The notes: generated by a model from the sequence alone, not told the origin. Positions 45,897-56,698 are shown, counted from the first letter of the stretch. The stretch is DNA of 64,000 nt from Minisyncoccia bacterium (GCA_049274895.1 JBASTM010000022.1:2424-66423); one strand, 5' to 3'. Translations and numbers: made by a program.

Positions 45897-47540
45897 TTAG
45901 TAATCCTCCATCCCGCCGGCTGGCATATGGGGAGTTTCTTTTTTATCGGGAATTTCCGTGACCGCGGCGCCGACCGTTAGGTAATTGGCCGCCACCGAGA
46001 CGGCGTTGATAAAAGCTGTTTTGGTAACTTTAAGCGGATCCACAATGCCATAATCCTTGAGATTACCAATGGAATTGGTCAGAGCGTTAAAACCGATCCA
46101 GTTGGAATTGGGCTTGGCTTTGGCCTGCATCAGCTCGGCCATAACCTCTTCGGGCGATTCGCCGCTGTTTTCAATAATGGCTTCCACCGGCGCGCTAAGA
46201 GCTTTCGCCATAATTTTGGCCGCGGCCGCGGCCACCGGCGAATCTTTTTTGGGTTTCACCTCATGTTTTAAGACGATATTAAATAAAGCCATGCCGCCGC
46301 CGGGCACAATGCCCTCTTCCATAGCCGCCTTGGTGGCCGCTACGGCATCTTCGACTCTCTGTTTGAGTTCCTTTTGGGCCGCTTCAGTGGGCGCGCCTAC
46401 TTTTATTATAGCCACCCCCCCGGAAAGCTTGCCCAAGCGCTCTTCCAGTTTTTCTTTATCAAAATCCGAAGTGCTTTCGGCTATTTGGGCTTTGATCTGT
46501 TTGATTCTTTTTTCAATGGCCGATTTATTACCAGCGCCGCCAATGATAGTGGTATTCTCTTTGGTGGATACGACCCGCTTGGCTTCACCCAGCACATCAA
46601 TATCCACCGTATCCAATTTTAACCCTTTTTCCTCGCTGACCACTTCCCCGCCAGTCAAAACAGCAATATCTTCCAGCATTTCCTTGCGCCGGTCGCCAAA
46701 ACCGGGCGCTTTGACCGCCAGAGCATTGAACGTGCCCCGGATTTTGTTGACTATCAAAGTGGCCAAAGATTCACCCTCAACTTCATCAGCAATGATAACC
46801 AAATTTTTCTTGCCGGATTTAGCCAGTTTTTCCAAAAACGGCAGAATCTCATTTAAGGCCGATATTTTTTTGTCGGTTATCAAAATCAATGGATTTTCGT
46901 AGACGGCCTCCATTCTTTCGGCGTTGGTTATCATATATTGCGAAATATAGCCGCGGTCAAACTGCATGCCTTCCACAATCTCGTGCGAACTGCCGATGGT
47001 ATTGGCATCTTCCACCGAAATCACGCCGTCTTTGCCGACTTCATCCACCACCTCGGCGATAAGCCGGCCGATGGTTTCATCCTTGGACGAAAGCGTGGCC
47101 ACTTCCTGAATCTTTTTGGTGTCGCTCAAAAGTTCGCGCTGGGTCTCCAAGCTTCTGATCACGGCCTCGCTGGCCGCCTTAAACTCACTGGCGAGTTGGA
47201 TAACATTAAAACCGCCCTTGCGAATGGATTCTTCGCCAGCTTTGATCATAGCTTGAGCCAGCACCACCGCGGTGGTAGTGCCGTCGCCCACATTGGTATT
47301 GGTTCTGTCGGCGGCTTGCTTGATAAACTCCGCTCCCATGTTCTCGTATTTGTCGGCGAGTTCAATCTCTTTGGCCACGGTTACACCGTCAAAAGTGACC
47401 TGCGGCGCGCCGTAGCTTTTTTCTATAATTACCGCCCGGCCGCGCGGGCCCAAAGTCATCTTGACGGCTTCGGCCAGTTTATCGATGCCCCGCCGCATCG
47501 CCGTTCTGGCGTTTTCGTTAAAAAGTATTTGCTTTGCCAT
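45897..47540 (-). CDS. groEL: chaperonin GroEL
   Basis: Full-length Cpn60 (AAKAGDGTTTA-type motifs, here [15 protein letters not shown]) with a GGM-like C-terminus. Confidence 0.95.
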   Translation of the reverse strand: MAKQILFNENARTAMRRGIDKLAEAVKMTLGPRGRAVIIEKSYGAPQVTFDGVTVAKEIELADKYENMGAEFIKQAADRTNTNVGDGTTTAVVLAQAMIKAGEESIRKGGFNVIQLASEFKAASEAVIRSLETQRELLSDTKKIQEVATLSSKDETIGRLIAEVVDEVGKDGVISVEDANTIGSSHEIVEGMQFDRGYISQYMITNAERMEAVYENPLILITDKKISALNEILPFLEKLAKSGKKNLVIIADEVEGESLATLIVNKIRGTFNALAVKAPGFGDRRKEMLEDIAVLTGGEVVSEEKGLKLDTVDIDVLGEAKRVVSTKENTTIIGGAGNKSAIEKRIKQIKAQIAESTSDFDKEKLEERLGKLSGGVAIIKVGAPTEAAQKELKQRVEDAVAATKAAMEEGIVPGGGMALFNIVLKHEVKPKKDSPVAAAAAKIMAKALSAPVEAIIENSGESPEEVMAELMQAKAKPNSNWIGFNALTNSIGNLKDYGIVDPLKVTKTAFINAVSVAANYLTVGAAVTEIPDKKETPHMPAGGMEDY

Positions 47541-47607
47541 ATTACAACCGACACTAATTACGAATAGACACGAATTTACAAATTTACAAATTATCTATTA
47601 GTGTCAT

Positions 47608-47630
47608 TCCTGCCTGCCGGCAAGCAGGCG
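47608..47630. repeat. GC-rich palindrome family copy 3 (CCTGCCTGCCGGCAAGCAGGCG) in the groES-groEL spacer
   Basis: Near-identical to 5970-5992, including the preceding CATTCC. Confidence 0.6.
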
Positions 47631-47655
47631 TGTGTATTAGTGTATTGGTGTCGCG

Positions 47656-47946
47656 CTATTCTAAAATCGCAAGTATATCGTCCTCTCTCGCAATCAAGTA
47701 TTCCTTACCTTCAATTTTAATTTCACTGGGACCGTATTTGGTAAATAAAACCACATCGCCTTTTTTGACGGCGGGTTTGATGAGCTTGCCGTCATCATAC
47801 TTGCCCGGCCCAACCGCCAAAACTTTACCTTGTTCCGGCCGCTCTTTATCCACCGTATCCGGCAGATATATGCCCGACTTGGTTTTTTCTTCTTTAGACA
47901 TGGGTTCTATCAGCACCCGGTCGGATAATGGTTTGATCTTGATCAT
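47656..47946 (-). CDS. groES: co-chaperonin GroES
   Basis: Cpn10 pattern IKPLSDRVLIE...GIYLPDT...GKVLAVGPG. Confidence 0.95.
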   Translation of the reverse strand: MIKIKPLSDRVLIEPMSKEEKTKSGIYLPDTVDKERPEQGKVLAVGPGKYDDGKLIKPAVKKGDVVLFTKYGPSEIKIEGKEYLIAREDDILAILE

Positions 47947-47957
47947 ATTTATAAAAT

Positions 47958-47984
47958 TATCACTCTAACTATGTGATTGATAAT
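47958..47984. promoter_or_regulatory. degenerate CIRCE-like inverted repeat TTATCAATC-N9-GAGTGATAA (read on the minus strand) upstream of groES
   Basis: Arms match the CIRCE consensus TTAGCACTC-N9-GAGTGCTAA at 7/9 and 8/9 positions. Lies just downstream of a TTGACT-17-TAACAT promoter-like sequence. Confidence 0.45.
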
Positions 47985-48031
47985 GTTAGCAACTACCTAA
48001 AAGGGAGTCAAGGGCCTTACGGGCCAAATAA

Positions 48032-48068
48032 AAACCTCCGGACTTTGATTCGCCGGAGGGAGAAAGCT
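48032..48068 (-). terminator. rho-independent terminator ending a ~280-nt structured 3' region of the GC-rich gene
   Basis: Minus-strand CCTCCGG-N11-CCGGAGG followed by TTTTTATTT. Confidence 0.65.
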
Positions 48069-48327
48069 GGGACCGGGGAAGCACGAGGATGAGGACCCTC
48101 ACACCTTGTCGAAGGGTGCAAGAGTTGCGTGTTCTCGTAACCTCCCCGGCCCAGTGGGCTGGAGTAAAGGAGAAAGGAAAACTCCAACCCCTCAACCGGC
48201 TTGTTTGCCGCCATCAAACCCCTAGCGCTTACCTGGGGAGGGCAAGGATCCGGTGGGGAATCCGGAGGCAAAAACTTCCGGCTGAGTTTGAAGAACTATT
48301 TCAATTATACATACCCTATCAACTCTG

Positions 48328-49425
48328 TCAACTGGGGCTGGACCGGAACGTCTGCTCCACAAACCGGATGATCTTACGCTCGGTGTGCCAGTCGTCGGGC
48401 AGAGGAAAGGATTGCTCTTGAAAATGGTGCAGATCTTGCTGTGTCAAAGGATCGTTTATAAGCATATTCAGGCGCACCTTCAAGCTCAACAGACCCGAAA
48501 CCTTAAAGGCCCCGCCCAACTCGGCCACAAACCATTTTTCTTGGCCGCTTTGCGCCCTCATCCGCGCCCGCACACCTTCATCGTCCAAATAAATGCCCGG
48601 CACGCGGGCATAGGCGCCGGCGATGGAAATGTTGGTGGCGCTGGCATAGACCATCACGTCGGCCGCGCCAGCAATCCGGGAACCCTTCCAGACACTGGTG
48701 TCATTGGTAACTCCGGTCCAGACACTCTCCAACATCTTGGAACGCTCGGCGAAAGCGCGCTCAAAACGTTCCTGGTCGCCGGGCTTATCGGGATTCGGTT
48801 TTTCACCGGGATGCTGGCCGAAAGCCAGGATGACATTATCCATACCCCGCATAGCCGACACGACTACACTTATGACACGGTTATTCTCCTCGGGGTCTTT
48901 GCTTCCTATGAGACCAACCACTTTGTCGTTTTGATCCAGACCAAACATTGCCAGTCCGCCGCCAACCACTTTCCGCATCCTGGCCCGCCAGTTTTCGGCC
49001 TTGGCCGCCATCAGAGTTTCATACTCCACTCGCCACTGCGGCGGCGGGCCGAGGTAGACCGAACCGGGGTAGCCGAACTTTCGGGCATCGTCGGCACCTG
49101 ATGGTAAAGCCAAAAAAACCAACTTGGCTTTCGGAGCCCAATCCTTGGCCTTGGGATTAAGACAAGCCCCGGGCACATCTTCAAACACGTACCATGGAAT
49201 GTTGTGTTCGCGGCAGATCTCGGCAAAAGCCAGTTCCTGTTCCGGCTCAAAACTGGAAAGACCGGTGATCATAGCGTCCAAACCGACCATATTGCTGTCC
49301 TGAGCTAGACCGCGCTCCTGTTTGATGAACAAGGCAGTATCATGCCTGGCCGCTTTGGCAGCCCCCACCAAAAGACTCATAGCATCGCCGCCGGCGTTGT
49401 CAAAACAGTAAAACCCGATCTTCAT
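48328..49425 (-). CDS. hypothetical protein (GC-rich compositional outlier; Rossmann-like halves)
   Basis: A 365-aa ORF with markedly higher GC than its neighbours. Contains MKIGFYCFDNAGGD and VVGLIGSKDPEENN beta-strand/Gly-rich starts. No confident family assignment. Confidence 0.5.
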   Translation of the reverse strand: MKIGFYCFDNAGGDAMSLLVGAAKAARHDTALFIKQERGLAQDSNMVGLDAMITGLSSFEPEQELAFAEICREHNIPWYVFEDVPGACLNPKAKDWAPKAKLVFLALPSGADDARKFGYPGSVYLGPPPQWRVEYETLMAAKAENWRARMRKVVGGGLAMFGLDQNDKVVGLIGSKDPEENNRVISVVVSAMRGMDNVILAFGQHPGEKPNPDKPGDQERFERAFAERSKMLESVWTGVTNDTSVWKGSRIAGAADVMVYASATNISIAGAYARVPGIYLDDEGVRARMRAQSGQEKWFVAELGGAFKVSGLLSLKVRLNMLINDPLTQQDLHHFQEQSFPLPDDWHTERKIIRFVEQTFRSSPS

Positions 49426-49489
49426 CTACGCCTCCTTTTACTAGGGTTTTGAAAGAACTTCAGAGGTTACATTGTATATAATTTACGTA

Positions 49490-52393
49490 TTATTTGTCAA
49501 CCCCGCTGAGCGGGGTCAATGATTTCCGGAGAAAGCGGCCGGTGTGGCTGGTTTTGAACCGGCTGATTTCTCGCAACGTGCCTTCGGTTACTACTTTGCC
49601 TCCCCCATCCCCACCTTCCGGGCCAAGGTCAATAATCCAATCAGCCGTGCGGATAACGTCCAAATTATGTTCTATCACCAAGACCGTATTGCCTTTTTTT
49701 ACCAACAAGTGTAAGACGTTCAAAAGTTTGCGAATATCGTCAAAATGAAGGCCGGTAGTGGGTTCGTCCAGAATATATAAAGTCTTGCCGGTGTCACGGC
49801 GCGAAAGTTCGGTGGCCAGTTTGATGCGCTGGGCCTCGCCGCCGGAAAGCGTGGTAGCCGCCTGCCCCAGTTCCATATAGCCCAAACCGACTTCCAACAA
49901 TGTGCCCAGTTTTTGTTTTAAGACGGGAATATTTTTGAAAAACTCGGCGGCTTCTTCCACCAGCATCTTCAAAACCTGAGCGATGTTTTTGCTTTTGTAT
50001 TCAATTTCCAACGACTCCCTATTATAGCGCGTGCCGTGGCATTCTTCGCATTCCACATAAACGTCGGGCAAAAAATGCATCTCTATTTTTCTCACGCCTT
50101 GGCCCTCGCACGCCTCGCAGCGCCCGCCTTTGACGTTAAAACTGAACCGGCCGGGCTCAAAGCCGCGCACCTTGGCTTCTCGCGTGCTGGCAAATAAATC
50201 GCGTATCGGACTAAACGCTCCGGTGTAGGTGGCCGGATTGGAACGGGGTGTCCGGCCAATAGGGTTTTGATCCACCACCACCACTTTATCCAAATTTTCC
50301 CAGCCGGTAATTTCAGCAAACTTTCCCGGAGTGTCTTTGGCGCCATAAAATTTCTGCAGCAAAAATTTGGCCAAAACGTCGTTGACCAAGCTGGATTTGC
50401 CCGAACCGGAAACTCCGCTCACCGCCACAAACTTGCCCAGCGGGATTTTTACCGTGATGTTTTTTAAGTTATTTTCCGCCGCACCTTTGATTGTCAGAAA
50501 TCTTGTATCTTGTAACTTGAAACTTGTAACTTGAGATTTATTTGAAAATTGAGAATTGTAATTTGGAATTTTCAACCTTCCCGACAGATATTTACCCGTG
50601 ATAGACTCAGACCGTTTGAGTTGTGCCGGCGTGCCCTCAAAAACTATTTTCCCACCGTGCCTGCCCGCCCCCGGGCCAACATCTACCACCCAATCGGCAC
50701 TGACAATAGTCTGCTCGTCGTGCTCCACCACAATCACCGAATTGCCCAAGTCGCGCAGCTGCTTTAAGGTCTTTATCAAGCGGGCTTGGTCGCGCTGATG
50801 CAAACCGATAGAGGGTTCGTCCAAAATATATAAAACACCCGTCAGGCCGGAGCCGATTTGCGTGGCGAGGCGTATCCGTTGGGCCTCGCCGCCGGAAAGC
50901 GTGGCCGACGATCTTGATAAGGTCAGATAATCTAAACCCACATCCAGCAAAAATTCCAAACGGCTTAAAATCTCTTTTATTATTGGTTGAGTTATTTTTT
51001 GTTCAGAAGGGCTTAGCTTGGCGCTCTTGACCCCGGAAAAGAACTCTTTGGAGGCCTGTATGGATAAAGCTGCTACAGTGCTGATATTTTTACCCAAAAA
51101 CTTAACGGCCAGCGCCTCGGGTTTTAGACGCGCGCCTTGGCAGACCGGACAGATTTTTTCCAGCATATAACGCTCAATCTCGGCCCGGGTAAAGTCGGAT
51201 TCGGTGCCTTTGTAACGGCGAAGCAGATTTGTAATCACGCCTTCAAAATCGCCGTCCCGGTCTTTATCGCCGTAAAGAATTATATCCAGATATTTTTTTT
51301 CCATGTCTTTCACCGGCTTATCCACCTTAAACCCGTATCGGCCGGCCAGTTCCTCCACCATGCTCCAATACCAGCCCTGGTAACCGACGCGGTGGGAAGC
51401 CGTGGCCCAGGGGCGGATGGCGCCTTCGGCTAAAGTCAGATTTTTATTGGGGAAAACAAGTTCGGGATCAATTTCCAAAGTATGGCCCAGGCCGGTGCAG
51501 TGCGGGCAGGCGCCGTGGGGGCTGTTAAACGAAAATGACCGCGGCTCAATTTCGGGAAAGTTTAGACCGCAATAGGCGCACGACAACGATTCGGAAAACA
51601 ACTCATCTTTTTCTATCCCCTTTCCCCCGTTAATCCCATTTGGTCTTGAAACAATCATCAAGCCGTCGCCCAGCTTAAGCGCCTGTTCCACCGATTCGGC
51701 TACGCGCGACCTAAGATCAGGATCGGATTCAATAGTTACACGATCTATCACCGCTTCTATGGCATGGCGCTTGTATTTTTCCAGATTGAGTTTTAAGGCC
51801 TCTTCCGTTTTATACATCTCCCCGTCCACTCTGACGCGGGCGTAGCCGGTATCGGAAAGTTTTTGAATAACATTTTTATGCTCGCCTTTTTGATCGCGAA
51901 TCAACGGCGCTAAAATAACCAACTGGGTTCCTTTGTTTTTTTTCAAAATCTGGTCGGTGATCTGGCTGGCGCTTTGGCGCGAAACTAAGCGGTCACACTT
52001 AGGGCAATGCGGCCGGCCGGCCCGGGCGAAAAGCAAACGCAAATAATCATAAATTTCGGTAATAGTGCCCACCGTAGAACGCGGATTTTTGGAAACGCTT
52101 TTTTGATCTATGGAGATGGCCGGTGACAAGCCGTCAATGGCATCCACATCCGGCTTATCCATCACGCCTAAAAACTGCCTAGCGTAGGCCGACAAGCTTT
52201 CTACGTAACGGCGCTGGCCTTCGGCGTATAAAGTATCAAAAGCCAGCGACGACTTGCCCGAACCCGAAAGACCGGTAATCACCACCAGTTTGTTTTTGGG
52301 AATATCCAAACTGACGTTTTTGAGATTATGGACTCGAGCACCCCTGATTTTTATGTGGTTTTGAGCTGGCATAAGTGTGCTATTATACACCAT
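49490..52393 (-). CDS. uvrA: excinuclease ABC subunit A
   Basis: Two ABC modules ([25 protein letters not shown]), zinc fingers and signature motifs. An AT-rich low-complexity linker insertion sits around 50490-50570. Confidence 0.95.
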   Translation of the reverse strand: MVYNSTLMPAQNHIKIRGARVHNLKNVSLDIPKNKLVVITGLSGSGKSSLAFDTLYAEGQRRYVESLSAYARQFLGVMDKPDVDAIDGLSPAISIDQKSVSKNPRSTVGTITEIYDYLRLLFARAGRPHCPKCDRLVSRQSASQITDQILKKNKGTQLVILAPLIRDQKGEHKNVIQKLSDTGYARVRVDGEMYKTEEALKLNLEKYKRHAIEAVIDRVTIESDPDLRSRVAESVEQALKLGDGLMIVSRPNGINGGKGIEKDELFSESLSCAYCGLNFPEIEPRSFSFNSPHGACPHCTGLGHTLEIDPELVFPNKNLTLAEGAIRPWATASHRVGYQGWYWSMVEELAGRYGFKVDKPVKDMEKKYLDIILYGDKDRDGDFEGVITNLLRRYKGTESDFTRAEIERYMLEKICPVCQGARLKPEALAVKFLGKNISTVAALSIQASKEFFSGVKSAKLSPSEQKITQPIIKEILSRLEFLLDVGLDYLTLSRSSATLSGGEAQRIRLATQIGSGLTGVLYILDEPSIGLHQRDQARLIKTLKQLRDLGNSVIVVEHDEQTIVSADWVVDVGPGAGRHGGKIVFEGTPAQLKRSESITGKYLSGRLKIPNYNSQFSNKSQVTSFKLQDTRFLTIKGAAENNLKNITVKIPLGKFVAVSGVSGSGKSSLVNDVLAKFLLQKFYGAKDTPGKFAEITGWENLDKVVVVDQNPIGRTPRSNPATYTGAFSPIRDLFASTREAKVRGFEPGRFSFNVKGGRCEACEGQGVRKIEMHFLPDVYVECEECHGTRYNRESLEIEYKSKNIAQVLKMLVEEAAEFFKNIPVLKQKLGTLLEVGLGYMELGQAATTLSGGEAQRIKLATELSRRDTGKTLYILDEPTTGLHFDDIRKLLNVLHLLVKKGNTVLVIEHNLDVIRTADWIIDLGPEGGDGGGKVVTEGTLREISRFKTSHTGRFLRKSLTPLSGVDK

Positions 52394-52416
52394 AAAAACG
52401 GATATATCCAGACTTT

Positions 52417-53823
52417 ATGAGGACTATAGTTAAAAAACTGGCCAAAATGCCATCCCAGCCCGGAATTTACTTGTTTAAGAACAGTTCCGGAGAAATCATA
52501 TACATAGGCAAATCGGGCCATCTAAAAAACCGCGTGCGAAGCTACTTCTCCCACTTCGCTAAAGTCTTCGATCCTGAGGTCTCAGACCGAAGGGCTTCGC
52601 GGGACAAGCAAAAAGTAGCTAGATTTTTTAGTCCAACAAAAAATAAAATGCTCCAAGAAATTGCCGATGTGGAAATTATTAAAACCGAATCCGAAATAGC
52701 CGCGCTGATTAAAGAATCCGAACTGATTAAAAAACATAAGCCCAAATTTAACGTTCTGATGCGCGATAGCAAAAACTATCTCTATGTGGGATTTTCCAAA
52801 GAAGAATTCCCCAAAATAATCTTAACCCATCAACCCCAATTCTTAACTACCCACTACAAACTACTCACTACTCACTACATCGGCCCCTTCACCGACGGCA
52901 CCGCCGTTAGAAAATCCCTGCATATTTTGCGCGAGATATTTCCCTACTGCACCTGCAAGCAGAAACATAATGTTAAATGCCTCAACGGCCACCTGGGCCG
53001 GTGTTTGACTTTCTGCTGCCTCAAAAAGACCAGCGCTATACCTCGAGCATACGATCGTAAGCTCGCGGTATTAGAACGGTACAAAGGAAACATCAGGGCT
53101 ATAAAATCAATTCTCTCCGGGCGAAGCCAGGTTTTGCTTAAAGAATTAAAAAAAGAAATCAAACAAGCCATAAAACTCCAAAATTTTGAAAATGCCCAAG
53201 AATTAAAAAATAAAATCATGAGTTTGGACGAAGTGCTTAAACACGCCCGCGTGCTGACCGAAAAACCAGAGGTCCAATCGCCCGCTATCTTCAAAGACGA
53301 CCGGCCGGACTTCAAATTGCTGGGGTTAAAATCCAATCCACAAAGAATAGAAACATACGACATCTCTAATCTCCATGGCCAGGCAGCGGTCGGCTCTATG
53401 GTGGTTTTTGAACTCAAAAATGATGGATCGTATCGGCCCAACAAAAACGAATACCGTAAGTTCAAAATCAAAACCGTCTCCGGCAGCAATGACCCGGCTA
53501 TGCTGGCCGAGGTAATCAAGCGCCGCCTAAACAACAATTGGCCATGGCCACAATTGATTATTGTTGACGGCGGCCGGACACAGCTCAACGCCGCCTTAAA
53601 ATCGCTGGGTTCCAAAAAAATCAGAATTATTGGCTTGGCTAAAAGACTGGAGGAGATTTATCTGCCGGAAAGGCCGGAACCGGTGCTGGCCCAAAAATTC
53701 GGCCAGAGTTTGAAACATCTTTTCCAGGCCATCCGCGACGAGGCCCATCGTTTCGCTTTAAGCTACCACCATAAACTGCGCCATAAAACCATATCCGGAA
53801 CAGATTTGACAAAAAAGAGTTGA
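52417..53823 (+). CDS. uvrC: excinuclease ABC subunit C (short form lacking the C-terminal HhH2 domain)
   Basis: GIY-YIG (GIYLFKNSSGEIIYIGKSGHLKNRVRSYF), a UVR domain, and an RNase H-like endonuclease region (IETYDISNLHG). Ends at 468 aa. Confidence 0.8.
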   Translation: MRTIVKKLAKMPSQPGIYLFKNSSGEIIYIGKSGHLKNRVRSYFSHFAKVFDPEVSDRRASRDKQKVARFFSPTKNKMLQEIADVEIIKTESEIAALIKESELIKKHKPKFNVLMRDSKNYLYVGFSKEEFPKIILTHQPQFLTTHYKLLTTHYIGPFTDGTAVRKSLHILREIFPYCTCKQKHNVKCLNGHLGRCLTFCCLKKTSAIPRAYDRKLAVLERYKGNIRAIKSILSGRSQVLLKELKKEIKQAIKLQNFENAQELKNKIMSLDEVLKHARVLTEKPEVQSPAIFKDDRPDFKLLGLKSNPQRIETYDISNLHGQAAVGSMVVFELKNDGSYRPNKNEYRKFKIKTVSGSNDPAMLAEVIKRRLNNNWPWPQLIIVDGGRTQLNAALKSLGSKKIRIIGLAKRLEEIYLPERPEPVLAQKFGQSLKHLFQAIRDEAHRFALSYHHKLRHKTISGTDLTKKS

Positions 53824-54080
53824 GGGTATTTAATTAAGATAAAGCTTGGTTCTTTTTTGGGGGCTGACTCTGTAGCTATCGGCGCAGTGAAACGGTCCGG
53901 GTAATCCCCTTGCCCGGACCGCCTCAGCCCCCTTATAATAAATCTAGCAGTTCTTCAAAAAATAAAGCTCACCCGGGACAGAAAGGAGATAGCAAACAAA
54001 GGAGAGAGATCCCGCCAGAGCTAATCATCCCACGTAGTTGGGGCAATAAAACAACTTCCTATTTTCTAAGGGGAAAAATA

Positions 54081-54437
54081 GGAATGGCTGACCAAAGTGC
54101 GGCGCCAAGCTTGGGAAAAATAAGGGTGGTGGCTTACGTCAAAAACGGAGCCGTCTGGAGTATTCTGGCCACCCCGAGGGGGTTGAGGTCGTGTCTGAAT
54201 AAGCACAAGGATGATCCGAGGCATCACAACCGGATGCCTAACCTGCAGGAATTCGCCCAGATGATCCGGGCGGTGGAGGTTCTCCTGCCGGAAGATCCGA
54301 ACACGGATCACCCCACGCTGGAGCGCTGCATTGGGATTGAGGAGTTCGTAGTGTCCGGTGAAAACTACCGGGACACGGGAGCTGGCACCGTTGACCATCA
54401 ACGGGCTGGCCAGGCCAGATCGGTCGCTGTAATCTAG
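54081..54437 (+). CDS. hypothetical protein (GC-rich compositional outlier)
   Basis: AAGGGGA RBS before the MADQSAAPSLGKIRVVAYVKNGAVWSILATPRGL start. The longer ORF from 53910 and the antisense ORF 54066-54512 were judged spurious. Confidence 0.4.
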   Translation, partial: GMADQSAAPSLGKIRVVAYVKNGAVWSILATPRGLRSCLNKHKDDPRHHNRMPNLQEFAQMIRAVEVLLPEDPNTDHPTLERCIGIEEFVVSGENYRDTGAGTVDHQRAGQARSVAVI

Positions 54438-54595
54438 CGACCACACCACACCGCCCCGAGCTTGTTGAGGGGCGGTCTTTTTATTGACTATTGTTGCCCT
54501 TATTGCTACCATCTAAATCAAACCTAGCGGCATACCTCGTGAATATAATAAATACTCTTAAAAAACCTTAAAAAGGCAAGGTTTTTGCTGATAAA

Positions 54596-54805
54596 ATGAT
54601 TATAAACATCATCCAAATCGTCTTGGGAATTGGCCTCGCCGCCGCCGTTTTGTTACAGCGCCAAGGAGCCGGGCTTTCAGGCGCTTTCGGCGGCGAAGGC
54701 GAGTTTCATCATACCAAAAGAGGCGCCGAAAAATTTTTATTTATTGCCACCATAATACTCGCCATTTTATTTTTTGGCACCGCCCTTGCCAACATCATCT
54801 TTTAA
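54596..54805 (+). CDS. secG: preprotein translocase subunit SecG
   Basis: Two TM helices with a Gly-rich loop (LLQRQGAGLSGAFGGEGE). Confidence 0.75.
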   Translation: MIINIIQIVLGIGLAAAVLLQRQGAGLSGAFGGEGEFHHTKRGAEKFLFIATIILAILFFGTALANIIF

Positions 54806-54811
54806 CAATTA

Positions 54812-56575
54812 TTGGCCAACAGATTGATTACCTTTCTAGTTAAAAAAATTACCGCGCGCCTAAAGTTTTTACGTTCTCTTTCCGCCAATCACTGGCGCTA
54901 CCTTTTAAGAAATCTTTCGGCCAGGGAGATAAATTTGATTTTGGTTTGGCTGGGTCTCGCCGCCGCCGCGGCTTTGTTTTTAAGCGGCTACGATTATTGG
55001 GCTTTAAGAGTGACGGCTCCAGACCAAGGCGGTATGTATACCGAGGGCTTAATCGGCGAACCGCGCTATCTTAACCCCGTGGTCTCTTCGGCCAACGAAG
55101 TTGACCGCGACATCACCACCTTGGTCTTGGCCGGTTTGGTAAAACACGATGGGTCCGGCCGGATAATCCCCGATCTTGCCGCCAAGTACGAGATCAAAGA
55201 CGGGGGTAAAACTTACGAATTTACGCTGCGCGAAAACTTAAGTTGGCCCGACAAAAAACCTTTTACCGCCGATGATGTGGTTTTTACCATCAACTTAATA
55301 AAGGATCTTAAATACCAAAGCCCTTTGAGGAACAACTGGCAGGGAGTCAGAATAGAGAAAATAGACGATCTTAAGCTAGCCATACGCTTGCCGGTGGCCT
55401 ACGAGCCCTTTTTAGAGAACGCCACCGTAGGCATAATGCCTCAACATTTGTGGAGCGGCATCCAGCCCCAAAATTTTCTGTTGACCCAGCTTAACTTAAA
55501 GCCGGTCGGCCTGGGGCCATACATGCTTAGCAAAATAACCAAGAACGCGGCTGGTTTGATCAGGTCTATGGAATTTTCTCCCAATCCGCGTTATTATGAA
55601 AAAGCCAACATCTCGCGTCTAGTGCTGCGCTTCTACGAAAATCAGAGCAATGTTATCAATGCTTACAAGCGCAGAGAAATAGACGGCTTCTCGTTAAGTT
55701 CCGTTCTGGAAAAAGATCAGCTCTCCACCGCCAGAAGTGTTGAGTTTTACGAGATAAAACTGCCCCGTTATTTTGGTGTGTTCTTTAATCAATCCAAGTC
55801 GGCGGTCTTATCCGAATTGGCGGTCCGCCAGGCCTTAACCCAAGCCACCGACAGAAATTTTATCGTGAGGGAGATATTGAAAGATGAGGCGAGACCCCAA
55901 AGCGGCCCTTTCCCTTTTGGCTTGTTGGAGATTGGCGAATCAAAAAACAAGTTGGAGTATAATCCAGAAAAATCCCAGAGTATTCTGGAAAAAGCGGGTT
56001 GGAAAGTCGGCTCGGATGGTTTTAGAGAAAAAAAATTGAAAAATTCCAAAGCCTCCACGCGGCTGGAATTCGTGCTCACCACCACCGACTGGCCCGAACT
56101 GACCCAGGTGTCCAGCGCCTTAAAAAGCGACTGGGAGAAAGTTGGGGCCAAGGTTAATTTAGATATTGTTCCGGTCAACGCCATCCAAAACCAGACCATC
56201 CGCCCCCGCCAATACGAAGCTTTGCTTTTTGGAGAAGTGTTGGGTTTGAATCCCGATCCTTTTTCTTTCTGGCATTCCACCCAAAGAAAAGACCCGGGCT
56301 TGAACTTGGCGCTCTACAGCAATAAAAAAGCGGATACTCTTTTGGAAACGGCGCGCCAAACCAGCCAGAGCGCCGATCGGGTGAAAAAATATCAAGACTT
56401 TCAGAATATCTTAAGTTCCGACGCGCCAGCCATATTTTTATACAGCCCCAACTACATTTATGCGGTTTCTAAAAAAATAAAAAACTTGGATCTTAAAGCC
56501 GTCAACACACCCTCTCAAAGATTTGAGAACATAAACAAGTGGTATATAGCCACCCAAAGGGTGAAGGGGAAGTAG
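54812..56575 (+). CDS. ABC transporter substrate-binding protein, family 5 (peptide/nickel-type)
   Basis: N-terminal anchor/signal, the SBP_bac_5 pattern (FTADDVVFTINLIKD) and a ~590 aa length. Confidence 0.75.
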   Translation: MANRLITFLVKKITARLKFLRSLSANHWRYLLRNLSAREINLILVWLGLAAAAALFLSGYDYWALRVTAPDQGGMYTEGLIGEPRYLNPVVSSANEVDRDITTLVLAGLVKHDGSGRIIPDLAAKYEIKDGGKTYEFTLRENLSWPDKKPFTADDVVFTINLIKDLKYQSPLRNNWQGVRIEKIDDLKLAIRLPVAYEPFLENATVGIMPQHLWSGIQPQNFLLTQLNLKPVGLGPYMLSKITKNAAGLIRSMEFSPNPRYYEKANISRLVLRFYENQSNVINAYKRREIDGFSLSSVLEKDQLSTARSVEFYEIKLPRYFGVFFNQSKSAVLSELAVRQALTQATDRNFIVREILKDEARPQSGPFPFGLLEIGESKNKLEYNPEKSQSILEKAGWKVGSDGFREKKLKNSKASTRLEFVLTTTDWPELTQVSSALKSDWEKVGAKVNLDIVPVNAIQNQTIRPRQYEALLFGEVLGLNPDPFSFWHSTQRKDPGLNLALYSNKKADTLLETARQTSQSADRVKKYQDFQNILSSDAPAIFLYSPNYIYAVSKKIKNLDLKAVNTPSQRFENINKWYIATQRVKGK

Positions 56576-56614
56576 TAGATTCACCCCGCACCTTTTTGAA
56601 TAAATACGCAGTCA

Positions 56615-56698
56615 GGGGACGTGGCGGAACTGGCAGACGCACTAGCTTCAGGAGCTAGCGAGAGCAATCTCATGGGAGTTCAAATCTCCCCGTCCCCA
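56615..56698 (+). tRNA. tRNA-Leu (anticodon CAG)
   Basis: GGGGACGTGGCGGAACTGG...CTAGCTTCAGGAGCTAG (loop TTCAGGA gives CAG)...long variable arm...GGGAGTTCAAATCTCCCCGTCCCCA. CCA is not encoded. Confidence 0.85.

Noticed and set aside
46057-47567. Plus-strand ORFs 46057-46902 and 46938-47567 antisense to groEL
   Set aside because: Low-complexity Ala/Ser-rich antisense translation. groEL on the minus strand is unequivocal.
48040-48330. RNase P RNA or SRP RNA in the GC-rich region upstream of groES
   Set aside because: Only short chance similarities (AAAGTCCGG, GGGGAAGCACGAGG). It is too short for RNase P and the conserved P4/domain IV motifs are absent. Kept only as an unclassified structured 3' region.
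50490-50570. AT-rich direct repeats (CTTGTAACTTGA x2) inside uvrA, and similar TTGAAAATTGAAA runs at 45841-45900 and 58581-58625
   Set aside because: Low-complexity sequence in the naturally variable UvrA inter-domain linker and in AT-rich spacers. The reading frame is intact and no repeat-spacer periodicity suggests CRISPR.
54066-54512. Minus-strand 148-aa ORF overlapping the hypothetical gene 54081-54437
   Set aside because: It fully overlaps a plus-strand ORF that has a good RBS. Its translation is Pro/Arg/Gly-rich like a GC-rich antisense frame.
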